The notes under the pieces: model-generated
The model's database searches: none
The model's input: the letters and a program-made list of their open reading frames with translations, nothing else
What the model was told of the DNA's origin: nothing
Part shown: positions 1 through 12,618 of the stretch, piece after piece
Layout of the letters: the number at the start of each line of letters is the position of its first letter
How positions within the stretch are numbered: position 1 is the first letter of the stretch
Position numbers and translations under genes: made by a program
DNA from: Isurus oxyrinchus
Lineage: Eukaryota
Reading direction: 5' to 3'
Length of the DNA: 64,000 bases
Assembly (NCBI GenBank): GCA_026770705.1
Contig: JANJGN010000052.1
Coordinates: 2,914,001-2,978,000, forward strand

Positions 1-718
1 CACACACGCACACACAAACACTAGCACACACACACACTCACACATGCACACATACTCTCAAACACACACTCTTTTGCACAAACACTCTTTCACGCACACA
101 CATGCACACACACACGCACACAAACGCACAAACTCACTCACACACAAACCCTCACACACACACAGACACAAACATTAGCACACACACACACACACTCACA
201 CATGCACACATACTCTCAAACACACACTGTTTTGCACAAACACTTTCTCTTTCACACACACACATACACACACACTCTCTCTCTCACACACATGTTCTCT
301 CTCACTCCCTGTCTCAAACACCCAATCTCCCCCTCCCTCAAACACTCACACCATCTCTTTCTCGCACACTCCCTCTCTCAAACACACACACCCTCTTTCT
401 CAAACACACACACACACATGATCTCACACACACACTCTCACATACACAAACACTCTCTCACAGACACACACTCTCTTTTGCACACACACTATCTCACACG
501 CACATTCTCTCTATCTTTCTCTCTCACACATAAATTCTCTCTCACTCTCACAGACGTTCTCTTTCTCTCACACACACTCTCTCTCTCACACACACAAGCT
601 ACCTCCCTCTCTCATGCACACACACTCTACCTCTCTTTTGCTCTCTCACACATACACACTCTCAGTCTCTCACACATACATTGTCTCTCTCTCTCACATA
701 AACGCACTCTCTCTCTCT
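1..718. repeat. Degenerate (CA)n/(CT)n low-complexity tract
   Basis: Direct inspection; inverted homologue at about 14995-15470. Confidence 0.9.
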
Positions 719-1334
719 GAGATGGAAGGTTGGGATTTTGAGACCGTCTCAAGGTTTCAGCTTAAAATGCGGACGGACTCCTCCCAGTGAGGGAGTGCTG
801 CACTGTTGGAGGGTCAGTACTGAGGGAGTGCTGCACTGTCAGAGGGTCAGTACTGTGAGAGTGCTGCACTGTTGGAGGGTTAGCACTGAGGGAGTGCTGC
901 ACTTCCAGAGGGTCGGTACTGAGGGAGAGCTGCACTCCCAGAGGGTCAGTGCTGAGGGAGTGCTGCACTCCCAGAGGGTCAATACTGAAGGAGTGCTGCA
1001 CTCTCAAAGGGTCAATGCTGAGGGAGTGCTGCACTGTCAGAGGGTGGGCACTGAGGGAATGCTGCTCTGTCAGACCTGCCATATTTCAGATGACATTTGA
1101 AATTAGCAACATGCCTCATGTATAATTATATATCATCAGCTCAAAATAAATAGATTATTCCTGTACGTTTCACTTTACTGTAAATTGTTTGCAGTTTCAT
1201 TTCCTTAGAAACCAGGCTTGTGTGATCACTATTTTTAAATAACGTTAATAATAAAGATGCAACAATCCACACGCACACATGTACACACACACACACATTC
1301 ACTCACAAGGGTACATAGACAGACACACACTCAC

Positions 1335-4017
1335 NNNNNNNNNNNNNNNNNNNNNNNNNNNNNNNNNNNNNNNNNNNNNNNNNNNNNNNNNNNNNNNNNN
1401 NNNNNNNNNNNNNNNNNNNNNNNNNNNNNNNNNNNNNNNNNNNNNNNNNNNNNNNNNNNNNNNNNNNNNNNNNNAAGTTAGAGTCCAATAAAAATTTAAA
1501 AGAATATATGATTAATACAATTGCTTGTCTTTGAGGTGTAGATTGTTGACGTTTGCAGCTGTTCAAGGTTAATTGGTTTCCTGTGGCATCCTGGTGGTGA
1601 TTTGATTCAGATTTGCACTTTGTTGAAGATGCGCTGTTAGCTTCAGAAAGAGAGAGAGAGAGAGGGAGAATTTCTGCTCTTTTCCAGCAGTGTTTTTGAG
1701 TGACTGCCATCTTTCTTTTTCCTCCTACTTTCTCTTATATCTGCTTGACAGAACCTGTTGTTAAACTCCTGTCTGTATATTCCCAAAGGGAATTCGATCA
1801 GCATGTCTTGCATTCATTGTCGCAGACCAAGTAATCCCTTTTTTGATCTTTGCATCTCTGAAACATTTGATGCATTTCAAGATATAAATCAACAGGAGAT
1901 AGAGGCATTTCATCCTCCACAAGGGGTTTTGAATGACTGATGAATATCTGCATGGTGAGCAGTTCCCATTAGCTTGATAGACCTACAGTGATCAGAGTCC
2001 AGCGCTTTGCATTTTTAATGGAGCCCCTGTTTCAAGTGGACCCTGACACACCTCAGTGAGAACTTTCATGCAACATGTCTGTAGTGCAATTCATTTGAAG
2101 CTTTCCAGAGAAGTGATCAAGTTTGCAGTATCAGCAATCAGGTGACTCGTGACAGCCATTTTTGATCAATGCCTAATCTTGTACTTTTGAAAAGCAGGTC
2201 TCCTTTAAACAGTTCAATACGTTTTTGGCTCGTTGGTTAAGTTGAAGGAAGCTCTGTTATGACATAACAGATGGTAAATGCTGAGCTGTTCAAATCCTGG
2301 AGGGAAACTTGAAACAACTGTCACAACTAATTTCCAACTTGTATGTTTTGAGATGTGGGCTTTGAATTCAGTAGTAATGAGATTAAGATGTTTAAGAGGT
2401 AATTATGGTTGGTTGAAAAAAAGGGTTTAAAATATATTTTCCCCCAAATGCAATTTCCAAAGCAAGTCTCTTTGATTGTTAAGAATGAACCAATTAAACC
2501 ACGTTTGGTGGAGTCAAAGAAAGAGTAAGTTTATTAGTTACATAACATGAGGAAAAATAATNNNNNNNNNNNNNNNNNNNNNNNNNNNNNNNNNNNNNNN
2601 NNNNNNNNNNNNNNNNNNNNNNNNNNNNNNNNNNNNNNNNNNNNNNNNNNNNNNNNNNNNNNNNNNNNNNNNNNNNNNNNNNNNNNNNNNNNNNNNGACA
2701 GACAAATGCACANNNNNNNNNNNNNNNNNNNNNNNNNNNNNNNNNNNNNNNNNNNNNNNNNNNNNNNNNNNNNNNNNNNNNNNNNNNNNNNNNNNNNNNN
2801 NNNNNNNNNNNNNNNNNNNNNNNNNNNNNNNNNNNNNNNNNNNNNNNNNNNNNNNNNNNNNNNNNNNNNNNNNATTATAGAGTCCAATAAAAAATTAAAA
2901 GAGTCGTTTGCTTGTACTACAGCGTAGGCTGTGAAGTTTGAAGCTGTTTTAAATTAGTTGGTTTTCTGTAGATTCCTGTATTTTATCTGGCTCAGACTTG
3001 CACATTGTTGAAGACATTCTGTTAGCTTCAGACAGAGAGAGAGAGAGGGAGAAATCATTTCTGCTCTTTTCCAGCAGTGTTTGTGGAAGACTGCCATATT
3101 TCTTTTTCCCCTCCTTTCTCTTATATCTGCTTGGCAGAACCATTTGTTAAACTCCTGTCTGTATATCCCTGAAGTCAATTCGATCAGCATGTTTTGCATT
3201 CATTGTTATAGACCAAGTATTCCCATTTTTTTATCTTTGCATCTCTGAAACCTTTGATGCATTTCAAGATATAAATCAACAGGAGACGGGGGTATTGTAT
3301 CCTCCACAGAGGGTTTTGAATGGTTAATGATTATCCGCTTGGTGAGCAGTTCCCTATGTTTTGATTGAACTACAGCTGATCAAAGTCCAGCACTTTACAT
3401 TTTAATGCCTTCCTTTTAAGAGTGTCTCTATTTGAAGTGGACCCTGACACACCCCAGGCGTGAACTTCCATGCAACAGGTCTGCAGTGCAATTCATTTGA
3501 ACCTTTCCAGAGAAGTGATCAACTTCACAGTATCAGCAATCAGGTGACTTGTGTCAGCCATTTTTGATCTGTGTACAATCTTGTATTTCTTTGAAAAACA
3601 GGTCGCTTTTAGACAGTTCAATATGTCTTTGGTCTCTTAGTTAAGTTGTAGGAAGCTCTTAATCGCAGTTTGTTGTCATTGGGATATTGTCTTTGTGTGT
3701 GTGTTTGTGTGTGTGAGTGAGTGTGTGAGTGAATGTGTGTGTGTGTGTGAATGTGTGTGTTTGTGTCTGNNNNNNNNNNNNNNNNNNNNNNNNNNNNNNN
3801 NNNNNNNNNNNNNNNNNNNNNNNNNNNNNNNNNNNNNNNNNNNNNNNNNNNNNNNNNNNNNNNNNNNNNNNNNNNNNNNNNNNNNNNNNNNNNNNNNNNN
3901 NNNNNNNNNNNNNNNNNNNNNNNNNNNNNNNNNNNNNNNNNNNNNNNNNNNNNNNNNNNNNNNNNNNNNNNNNNNNNNNNNNNNNNNNNNNNNNNNNNNN
4001 NNNNNNNNNNNNNNNNN
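1335..4017. other. Assembly gaps or masked runs of N (1335-1474, 2562-2696, 2713-2873, 3770-4017; also 17401-17540)
   Basis: N runs, mostly adjacent to microsatellites. Confidence 0.98.
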
Positions 4018-4739
4018 ACAGAGTGAAACCTCCTTGAGTCTGGCCACTGTGTTTAACATTTAAGCCACACAGACAGGATGTGGTTAAAAGGTGAAACCAC
4101 AAGGAGTGAGTGACTTTCTCAGTGACTGTCTCTCTGTGGGTTTCCTGTGGGTTTCTGTGAACTGCCTGTGGTTTTAAAAAGAATCTTCCAACCCCACATG
4201 CACGGCATCAAATAAGGATTTGGAAGCTGCAGCTCAGAGAGTAACTAGTCCCCCGAGAATTCACAGCCCCTCAAACACAGATTAACAGCATTAATCCTGA
4301 CCGTCAGCCCACTCACTCATTGCCTCTTGTCTCAGACACTAGAAAGTGGAAGTTAAGGCCGGATTTTCACTCCCGGGTCGGGGGACACAGAGACGGCAGG
4401 AAAAAATAACAAAATATGTCTCGAGCACACAGAGCTCCAAGGGAAGGGTCGTGCTGCAGCTAAGGTGTGAGACATGGTACACTCCCCGGATGCAGCATTG
4501 AGGCTTGTATGTCTACACAGCTGATGTAGGTGCACATGGAACACATGTGAATGAGCACTGTGATGCACACACACCCTGGAGAATAATATCCCTCCATGCA
4601 CTACATATCAGGCTAACATCAACTCATGTTGTCATTGCTGACTCACAGGGTTGAAGCAGGTCACAGAGACGGCTGCGTCTGGGGTTGGGCCAGCCTCCCT
4701 GAGACTCACCGTCCTAACATTTGATTGGATCACGTCCGA

Positions 4740-5225
4740 TCTGTATCTTAACCCCATCCACCCGCCTCGGTTCTGTAACCCTTAACCCCCCGACCCAACA
4801 AACATCTCCCAATCTCAGTTTTGAAATTTACAATTGACCCCTCCCAGTCTCGACAGCTTTTTCTGGGGGAGAGAGTTCCAGATTTCCACCCCCGCTTTGT
4901 GTGAAGAAGTGCTTCCTGACATCACCCCCTGAACGGCCTGGCTCCAATGTTAATGTTCTGCCCCATTGTTCTGAACCCTCCTCACCTCAACCCCATCAGA
5001 GGAAATAGTTTCTCTCTATTGCCCGTAACAAAGCCTTTAATCATCTTAAACCCCTCGATTAGATCACCCCTTAATCTTCGAGACTCGAGGGAACACAAGC
5101 CTGGTCTGTGCAACCTGTCCTCGGGATTTAACCCTTTCAGCCCCGGGATCGTTCTGGTGACTCTGCACAGCAGCCCCTCCAAGGACAATATATCCTTCCT
5201 AAGCTGCTGGACCCAGAACTGAAAT
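4740..5225 (-). mobile_element. CR1 LINE 3' fragment
   Basis: IPGLKGL..SLESRRLRGDLIEGFKMIKG, the CR1 ORF2 C-terminal motif. Confidence 0.85.
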
Positions 5226-5669
5226 CAGTGACACCAGATTGGTTGTGAGGGGATCTTAATAAAACTGTGCCAGACACTTCAAAAATCTCTTCAATTCAAC
5301 CTTGTAAACGCAGTAGGAAAAATCCCACGGGGCCATTGTATCTTAGCAACATCGTAAACTTGGCCAAAAGAATCCCCCTGGTCACTCCTGAGTGTTACTT
5401 ATATTGTAAACACGTTTCCAGCTCCTCCAGTCTCTGAGAAGCAAAACTAGGACACTAAAGCACCACCACTGGTAGGAGGCTGTAATTACAGTGTGACATG
5501 TTTACATGGGAATGTTCCATTACCAATGACACAGGAATTTAAATAATCAGAAGGACATGTGACAACAGGAAGTGGTGCCTTGGAGAATGGAATTATTCAC
5601 TACAGTACGTATTTAATTTGATAAAAATGTACAGAAATGTCAGGGCATTTTAATTGCTTCTTTTTTGTA

Positions 5670-7730
5670 TTCATTCACTGACACTGGCTAGGCCAGAATT
5701 TATTGCCCATCCCTAATTGTCCTTGAGAATATGGGGGTGAGCTGTCTTCTTGAGCTGCTGCAGTCCCTGTGGTGTAGGTACACCCACAGAACTGTTTGGG
5801 AGGGTGTTGCAGGATTCTGACCCAGCGACAGTGAAGGAACGGTGATATATTTCCAAGTCAGGATGGTGAGTGACTTGGAGGGGAACTTCCAGGTGGTGGT
5901 GTTCCCATGTGTCTGCTGCCCTTGTCCTTCGAGATGGTAGTGATCATGTGTTTGGAAGGTGCTGTCTAAGGAGGCTTGGTGACTCCCTGCATTGCATCTT
6001 GTAGATGGTACACACACTGCTGCCACTGTGCGTCAGTTGTAGAGGGAGAGAATGTTTGTGGACGGGGCGCAAATCAAGCGGGGCTGCTTTGTCCTGGACG
6101 GTGTCGAGCTTCTTGAGTGTTGTTGGAGCTGCACTCATCTAGGAAAGTGGAGAGTATTCCATCACTTGTGACCTGTGCCTTGAGGTTGGTGGACAGGCTT
6201 TGGGGAGTCAGGAGGTGAGTTACTCACCACAGGATTCCCAGGCTCTGGCCTGCTCTTATAGTCACAGTGTTTATATGGCTAGTACAGTTCAGTTTCTAGT
6301 CATTGGTAACCCCCAGAGTGTTGATAGTGTGGGATTCAGCAATGGTGATGCTATTGGACATTAAGGGGAGATGGATATATTCTCTCTGGTCGGAAATGGT
6401 CATTGCCTGGCACTTGTGTGGCATGAATGTTACTTGCCACTTGTCAGGCCAAGCCTGGATATTGTCCAGGTCTTGCTGCATTTGGACATGGACTGCTTCA
6501 GCATCTGATGAGTCATGAATGATGTTGAACGTTGTGCAATCATCAGCGACCTTCCATAATTCTGACCATCTGATAGAATGAATGTCATTGATGAAGCAGC
6601 TGAAGATGGTTGGGCCTAGGACACTACACTGAGCAACTCCTGCAGTGATGTCCTGGAACTGAGATGACTGACCTCCAACAACCACAACCACCTTCCTTTG
6701 TACTTGGTATGAATCCAACGAGTGGAGAGTTTTCCCTGTGACATGACATGGCAGATGATGTGTGCTTGGTGCTCCAAATCCACAAGGGAAAATTGGTCAT
6801 GCTATCACAATAGTTTTGCAATTTGTATTTATTACAAGAAGTGTGCACTGAATTCAGGAGTAATGAGTTGACCACAACCTTTAGAGATTTTAAAAATTCA
6901 ATTAAGATATTTATTAACAAAATAAAAGATTTCAAGCACAGACATAATACCACGGTTAGTTACAGCTAAAATATATTCTCAAATTCCTAATTAACCTGAC
7001 TCCCAGTTACAGAGCCTGTTTAAGGCAACAGTCCAAAATAAGATTTTAGATTAAAAACAAACCCAGCGAGTTAACACAGCACACACTTGACACTGGAATT
7101 CTAAATGGATTTCTCCAACTTTATTTACTGAACATAACAGACTTATGCACAAATGCCTGGAGGCTTCTTCAAGCCTGTTTCACACACTCCTGTTAGATCT
7201 TACATGGCCCCCAACATAGCCTTTCATTCTCCTTTATACATGTTTCTCTCTCTTTGATGTGTAAATTCTTTGGAACTGTACCTTTCCCATAATATAAACT
7301 TTCATGTTGCCAATATTGTCAATGAAGTTTGGGTAAAATTAAAAAAAAAACTCCTTAGCTTTGCTTATTGGGCTTGTCCTAAACAGACCAACATCCCTTT
7401 GAAATCTAAACAGCCCCTTCACACCTTACATGCTAAGGCAGCCTCCATGTGTTCTCATTAGCATTTCAAGTACATTTCTACATCTAGCTTCTTTTGATAA
7501 TCTCAAACTTGCAGTGTACCTGTCTCCAGATGTAATTAAACTACACAGACAGACCCATCTACACTCACACCCATAAACCTAGTTTACAACAAACCAGGAA
7601 AATATTAAGCAAATTATTATACTTTCGTACCACCCCTGATTCACATTGACTCCAGTTTTACTCGGGATCCTAGATGCCACACTCGGTCAAATGCAGACTT
7701 GATGTCAAAGGCAGTCACTGTCACCTCACC
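5670..7730 (-). mobile_element. CR1/L2-group LINE RT fragment split by an LTR-like insertion
   Basis: VVVGGQSS..AGVAQCSVLGP..FINDI and LKKLDTVQDKAA; RT sequence resumes at 7633-7730; same family as 29920-31890. Confidence 0.85.
6737..7632 (-). mobile_element. Probable solo LTR (about 896 bp)
   Basis: TG...CA termini, interrupts the LINE at a C-run (imperfect TSD), minus-strand TATAAA (about 7233) upstream of AATAAA (7120-7125). Confidence 0.6.
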
Positions 7731-7923
7731 TTGTATTAACAGATGTAAAATTATACATAATTCATAAGCTTCTCACAATCTTTTACAGCATGGAAAAAGG
7801 TGCAGCATTCAGAAAGCTCAGTTAAAACCAAGAAAAAAAAGTTGAGCAACATCATATTTGTGTTCATTACTATTTGGCCATGTTGGCTGCACACACCCCA
7901 CAGCCCCGCTCCCTGTTTCACAC

Positions 7924-8172
7924 TCAGTTTTTCTGGAACCTGATCTGTGTGTATTCCGTGTCCTCGCTCCTGTGCACAGTCCTGTCACCGCCGGGCAGCT
8001 TTGAAAAGTTGATGTTGGCGTAGAAAAGCTCGTCGGGTTTGTCGGGGTTTCCATGTCCAACATCGCCTCCCACTGGACCTTCAGAGAGACCCCGGGGAGC
8101 TGGGGTCTCCCCCTCACTAGTTGTGTCTCTGGTTGTGTTCTGGGGCTCAGTAATCAGCACGTTCTGTTTGCC
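7924..8172 (-). CDS. Gene C terminal exon with ITIM (LFYANI) and ITSM-like motif (TEYTQI)
   Basis: Acceptor tctctgtag, phase 0, 83 codons to TGA. Motifs at 8011-8028 and 7942-7959 parallel the ELHYASL/TEYSEI tail of CD33-related Siglecs. Confidence 0.9.
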   Translation of the reverse strand, partial: GKQNVLITEPQNTTRDTTSEGETPAPRGLSEGPVGGDVGHGNPDKPDELFYANINFSKLPGGDRTVHRSEDTEYTQIRFQKN

Positions 8173-9008
8173 CTACAGAGAAATAGAAACAGAAGACATC
8201 CTCACATCATTTACTGGCACTGATAGGGTTAAGTTATTCTGCAGCCTCGTTACTGTCAGTCATGTCTCAATGGGTTTAATCCTCTTTTTCACTCTCTTTC
8301 TCTGTCTCCTTTTTTTCAATCTCTTTCTCTGTCTCTCTTTCTCTCTCTCTCTCTTGCTTTCTCTCTCTATTTATCATGTAATCTCTCTCGCTATCGCAGA
8401 CCTGAGTCTTGAAGTCCTATGTTACCATCCCAATCATGAGATTTGTGCCCCATTATTCACAAACACAGACACACAAAGAACCTCACGCCAATGAAGGAAT
8501 TTTATTGAAGGGCGACACTGCTACAGTGTTGGAAATGTGGCCATGGGACCAGATAAGATGGTAAACATGGTCAGCATTATACAACTATTCTGAAAGAGGC
8601 ATCTCGAACACTGCAATGTTCTCTCAGTGCTCTCTGCTGACAGTGCAGCACTCCCTCGGAACTGCCCCTTCAAGAGGGCAGCACCCCTTGAAAATGGACT
8701 CTTTGACAGTGCAGCACTCACTCAGTACTGTCCTCAGTACTGACCATCCGACAGTGCAGCACTCCCTCAGTACTGGCCCTCCGACAGTGCAGCACTCCCT
8801 CAGTACTGACCATCCGACAGTCCAGCACTCCCTCAGTACTGACCCTATGACAGCGCAGCACTCCCTCAGTACTGACCCTCTGACAGTCTAGCTCTCCCTC
8901 AGTACAGACCCTCTGACAGTGCAACACTCCCTCAGTACTGACCTTCTGACACTCCAGCACTCCCTCAGCACAGGCCCTAGGACAGTGCAGCACTCCCTCA
9001 CTACTGAC

Positions 9009-9041
9009 ATCTGGTGCCTTGTCATTATTGCGTTCAGGTTT
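9009..9041 (-). CDS. Gene C putative 33-nt cytoplasmic exon KPERNNDKAPD
   Basis: Long pyrimidine tract ending gaccag, phase 0-0, donor GTCAGT at the edge of a minisatellite. Confidence 0.5.
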
Positions 9042-9220
9042 CTGGTCAAAGAGCGAGTGATGGAGGGAAGAGGGGGAGGGAGCGAGAGACAATGCTACCT
9101 ACTGAGCCATATCTGACTCCACAGGTAGATATCTGTGGGTAACCTGGCTGGGAATCTGGGACATGTGTTGTCTACACACTGAGATTGAAGCTTGGGAGTG
9201 AGTGTAAACAGCTCCTGTAC

Positions 9221-9302
9221 CTGGTGCTTCACAGAGAGTGGACTGGGGGTCAATACAATGTCACTGGTCCCTGAAACTCTCTCCTCCATCGCTGTCTTTC
9301 TC
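9221..9302 (-). CDS. Gene C cytoplasmic exon 1 RKTAMEERVSGTSDIVLTPSPLSVKHQ
   Basis: 82 nt, ttgcag|...CAG|gtacag, phase 2-0, matching the TM exon phase. Confidence 0.75.
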
Positions 9303-9839
9303 CTGCAATAACACAATATCACACTGTGGTTATCATATAGCAGAGAGTCAGTGCAGCACAGACACAGAGCCCAGTGTAACCTTACACCAACGAATGGACT
9401 GTCTCTAGTTCCAATAAGGGATATCAGCGTGACATCACTATAATGGAAGTGTGTCATGTGATCCAATCTTAGTTTGACTTTTGCTTTGAGCAGAACACAC
9501 ACTCACAGCTCTGATACCTTCAATCTTTCTCCATATGTATAACTGTTCTCGTGCCGAGTCTTGATAAACAAATCATTAACATTCTCACCCAATCCCTGTG
9601 AGCGATTGGTGCTTTGTTTCTTGTACAATAAATAAGCCTAAGGTATAATATCATTATAATGACATGCCATATCTTTGACCCCCCCTCCACCCCTGCTCTT
9701 CCCCCCATAGCCCTTCAAATGTTCCCCCTTCAAGTATTTATCCAATTCCCCTTTTGAAAGATCCTATTAAATCTGCTTCCAGCGCCCTTTCAGGCAGCAC
9801 CTTCCAGATCACAGCAACTGATTATTATTCATCTGGATA

Positions 9840-10330
9840 ACGGGCAATGAAAAACACTGTCTGGATCGTAAGGGACAAAAGAGACCAGTTACGGAGAGGC
9901 ATCTAGCGCTTAACACAAGGGAAACAATCACCGACTTCAGGAAAGAACATTGAAGCAAATATTTATCCAGGAGTAATCGTGCAGAGTGAGGAATCTCTGG
10001 GTCTCGTGATTGTTTACTGGATACAGGACAATGAAAGGTTCTCTCCGGATCATAGTGGACACAGGGACCAGTTACGGAGAGGGACCTGGTGCTGATCCCA
10101 AGGGAAACAATCACCGACTTAAGGAAAGAACATTGAAGCAAATATTTATCCCGGAGTAATCGTGCAGAGTGAGGAATCTCTGGGTCTCGTGATGGTTTAC
10201 CTGGATACAGGACATTGAAAGGTTCTCTCCGGATCAGAGTGGACACAGGGATCACTTACAGAGAGGGACCTGGTGCTGATCCCAAGGGAAACAATCACCG
10301 ACTTAAGGAAAGAACATTGAAGCAAATGTT
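9840..10330. repeat. About 183-bp tandem repeat, about 2.7 copies, in a gene C intron
   Basis: caagggaaacaatcaccgactt..gaaagaacattgaagcaaat recurs at about 9917, 10098 and 10283. Confidence 0.9.
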
Positions 10331-10363
10331 TATATTAAAATCAAGTTAAATCTTCAGACTTAC

Positions 10364-10460
10364 TTTCTCACACAGATGAAGATGAAGATTCCAGCCAGGA
10401 AAACACTCAACATGATCCCAGCCGTGAACAATCCTACTGTCCATTTACTGGAGTCTCTAC
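10364..10460 (-). CDS. Gene C transmembrane exon RDSSKWTVGLFTAGIMLSVFLAGIFIFICVRK
   Basis: 97 nt, ttttacag|...|gtaagt, phase 1-2, uncharged hydrophobic helix. Confidence 0.9.
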
Positions 10461-11274
10461 CTGTAAAAACAGCCATTAATTACTGCACTACAGGTTTACA
10501 ATGATGCTCCGATGTATCTCGAGAAGCGATACACTCACTCAGTGTTTAAATACTCATTCTCGGGCAATGCTGACATTTATTTTCCATCCCTAGTTTCCCC
10601 TTGAGAAGGTGGTGGGGGGTCTTCCTCCTGAACTACTGGTTTGTCCCAAACTGGGAGACCAGTTCAGAGGGCAGGTAAGAGTTAACCATGTTGGTGTCTG
10701 AGACTGGAGTCACATCCACATCGAGACATGCTTCCCTCCCTAAAGGGTATGTAGTCTCTACACATGTAACAACCAACCTCACTGAAATAATCGACTATCA
10801 GGTCATTATCACACGGTGGTTTGCGGGATCTTGCTGTGCACAAATCAGTACCTGTGTTTCCTACATTACAACAGTGAGCTCACTTCGATAATGCTTCACT
10901 GGCTGTTGAATGTTTAGTAATTTCTAAGCAATTTATGAATACAAGTGTTGCATTTCAAAGTAATCCATGTAACATTTATATATATTTATCAATTAAAGAA
11001 TGAGAAGTTCAGCAATTAAAAGGGTTGTTCAGGACAGTTAGAGAGAGAAAGGTCGTCAAGTACGGAGATTGGAAACGAAGACCTGACAGCCTTGTCCTCA
11101 CAACCATTGAAGGAGAAACTGAGAGCAAAAACAGAAAGGGAGAGGAAAAATTGGATGTGTGGATAACGTGGACTGAGCGAGGATTGAAGAAAACTGGATT
11201 AAAAACAACACGATCCCAATGGCTCCACGGAGACCACGGAGACAACAAACAAACAAATGTATCTCCACACTCAC

Positions 11275-11556
11275 GTTCCACAGTGATGGTTATGAACCCC
11301 TCCACTGCTCCATGTTCATTCTCTACCACACACTGATAGTCTCCAGTGTCCCTGGATGTAACGTGAGGAATCACCAACCACAGCTCATTGTTGGAACTTG
11401 TTCTGTTCATTGGGACATTAAGATGTCGCCACGTCAGGTTAGAAGCTGGGAAGCTCTCGACAGAGCAGATTATCACTGCAGAATTCCCCTCAATTATATT
11501 GATCGATGAAGCGTTAATCATACCAAGTGAAGTAAATGAGAGATCCTGTGGTGCAT
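11275..11556 (-). CDS. Gene C C2/I-set exon, membrane-proximal copy (intact)
   Basis: 282 nt, tttttag|...|gtgagt, phase 1-1. Confidence 0.88.
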
Positions 11557-12247
11557 CTAAAAACAAATCAAGTGTTTAATGTGAGCAAACCTATTGCACA
11601 GCAAGACTCCATGCATCATATCTCTGTATCTGATGTCTGAATGCATTTCCAGGTAACTTCCCTCAGGATAACGTCTTATGCCACATTTTTAATGGACACT
11701 GCCTATGTAAACTGTCACACTGCAGTTGCATTCTCCCACCAGTAGAGTTGCTGTCCATCTAGAATGAAAGAAACATCCTTTAACACTCTCAAGATGCCCC
11801 CAAGGGATTGAAAGCCATTGAATTGTATTTGATTGATGGAGCACTGAGGGGTAAATCTACCATTCTCTGTTCAGGAGGTTGCTCATCCAATTCAGGGTCT
11901 TGTTGATCTGGAGTTTACCTTCCTTCAACACAGAATCGGAGCTGATACCAAGACTCCAGTGCGGCACTGAGAGAGGAGAGGGAACTCACGTGTGTGTATC
12001 TGTGTGTTTGTGTTTCTGCACATGTGAGTGTGTTTGTGTGTGTATGCACACATGTGTCTGTGTGTGTGCATGCGCGTGTGTCTGTGTGTCTAGGTCTGTC
12101 CATGAGTGAGAGTATGTGCATGTGTGTGTCTATGTGTGGGCATGAATGTGTGTGTGTGTTTGAGATGGGTGTGTATTTTCCTGTGTATGTGCTTGTATGT
12201 GTATGACTGTGTGTGGATAATTATGCATGTGTGTGCCTACAGGTTTC

Positions 12248-12278
<31 letters not shown>

Positions 12279-12337
12279 CTGTGTGTGTGTGTGCGTGTGT
12301 GTGTGTGTGAGTGATGTTGGAGTTTGCAGTAACTCAC

Positions 12338-12618
12338 GTTCCACAGTGATGGTTATGAACCCCTCCACTGCTCCATGTTCATTCTCTGCCACACACTGAT
12401 AGTCTCCAGTGTCCCTGGATGTAACGTGAGGAATCACCAACCACAGCTCATTGTTGGAACTTGTTCTGTTCATTGGGACATTAAGATGTCGCCACATCAG
12501 GTTAGAAGCTGGGAAGCTCTCGACAGAGCAGATTATCACTGCAGAATTCCCCTCAATTATATTGATCGATGAAGCGTTAATCATATCAAGAGAATTAACT
12601 AAGAGATTCTGGGTGCGT
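12338..12618 (-). pseudogene. Gene C C2/I-set exon, middle copy, 1-nt frameshift
   Basis: 281 nt; CCACAG has become CCCAG, giving an in-phase TAG at 12599-12601. Both splice sites are intact. Confidence 0.8.

Noticed and set aside
102-720. His/Thr-rich and Cys/Val-rich ORFs (also 11879-14527, 15224-15475, 18643-19002)
   Set aside because: Translations of (CA)n/(TG)n/(CT)n tracts.
1660-2300. Scattered myosin-like words (FEQL, QEFNNRF, LLEKSR) on the minus strand
   Set aside because: Different frames, wrong order and many stops; not supportable without a search.
1257-4102. ORFs containing X runs
   Set aside because: Artefacts of translating through N gaps.
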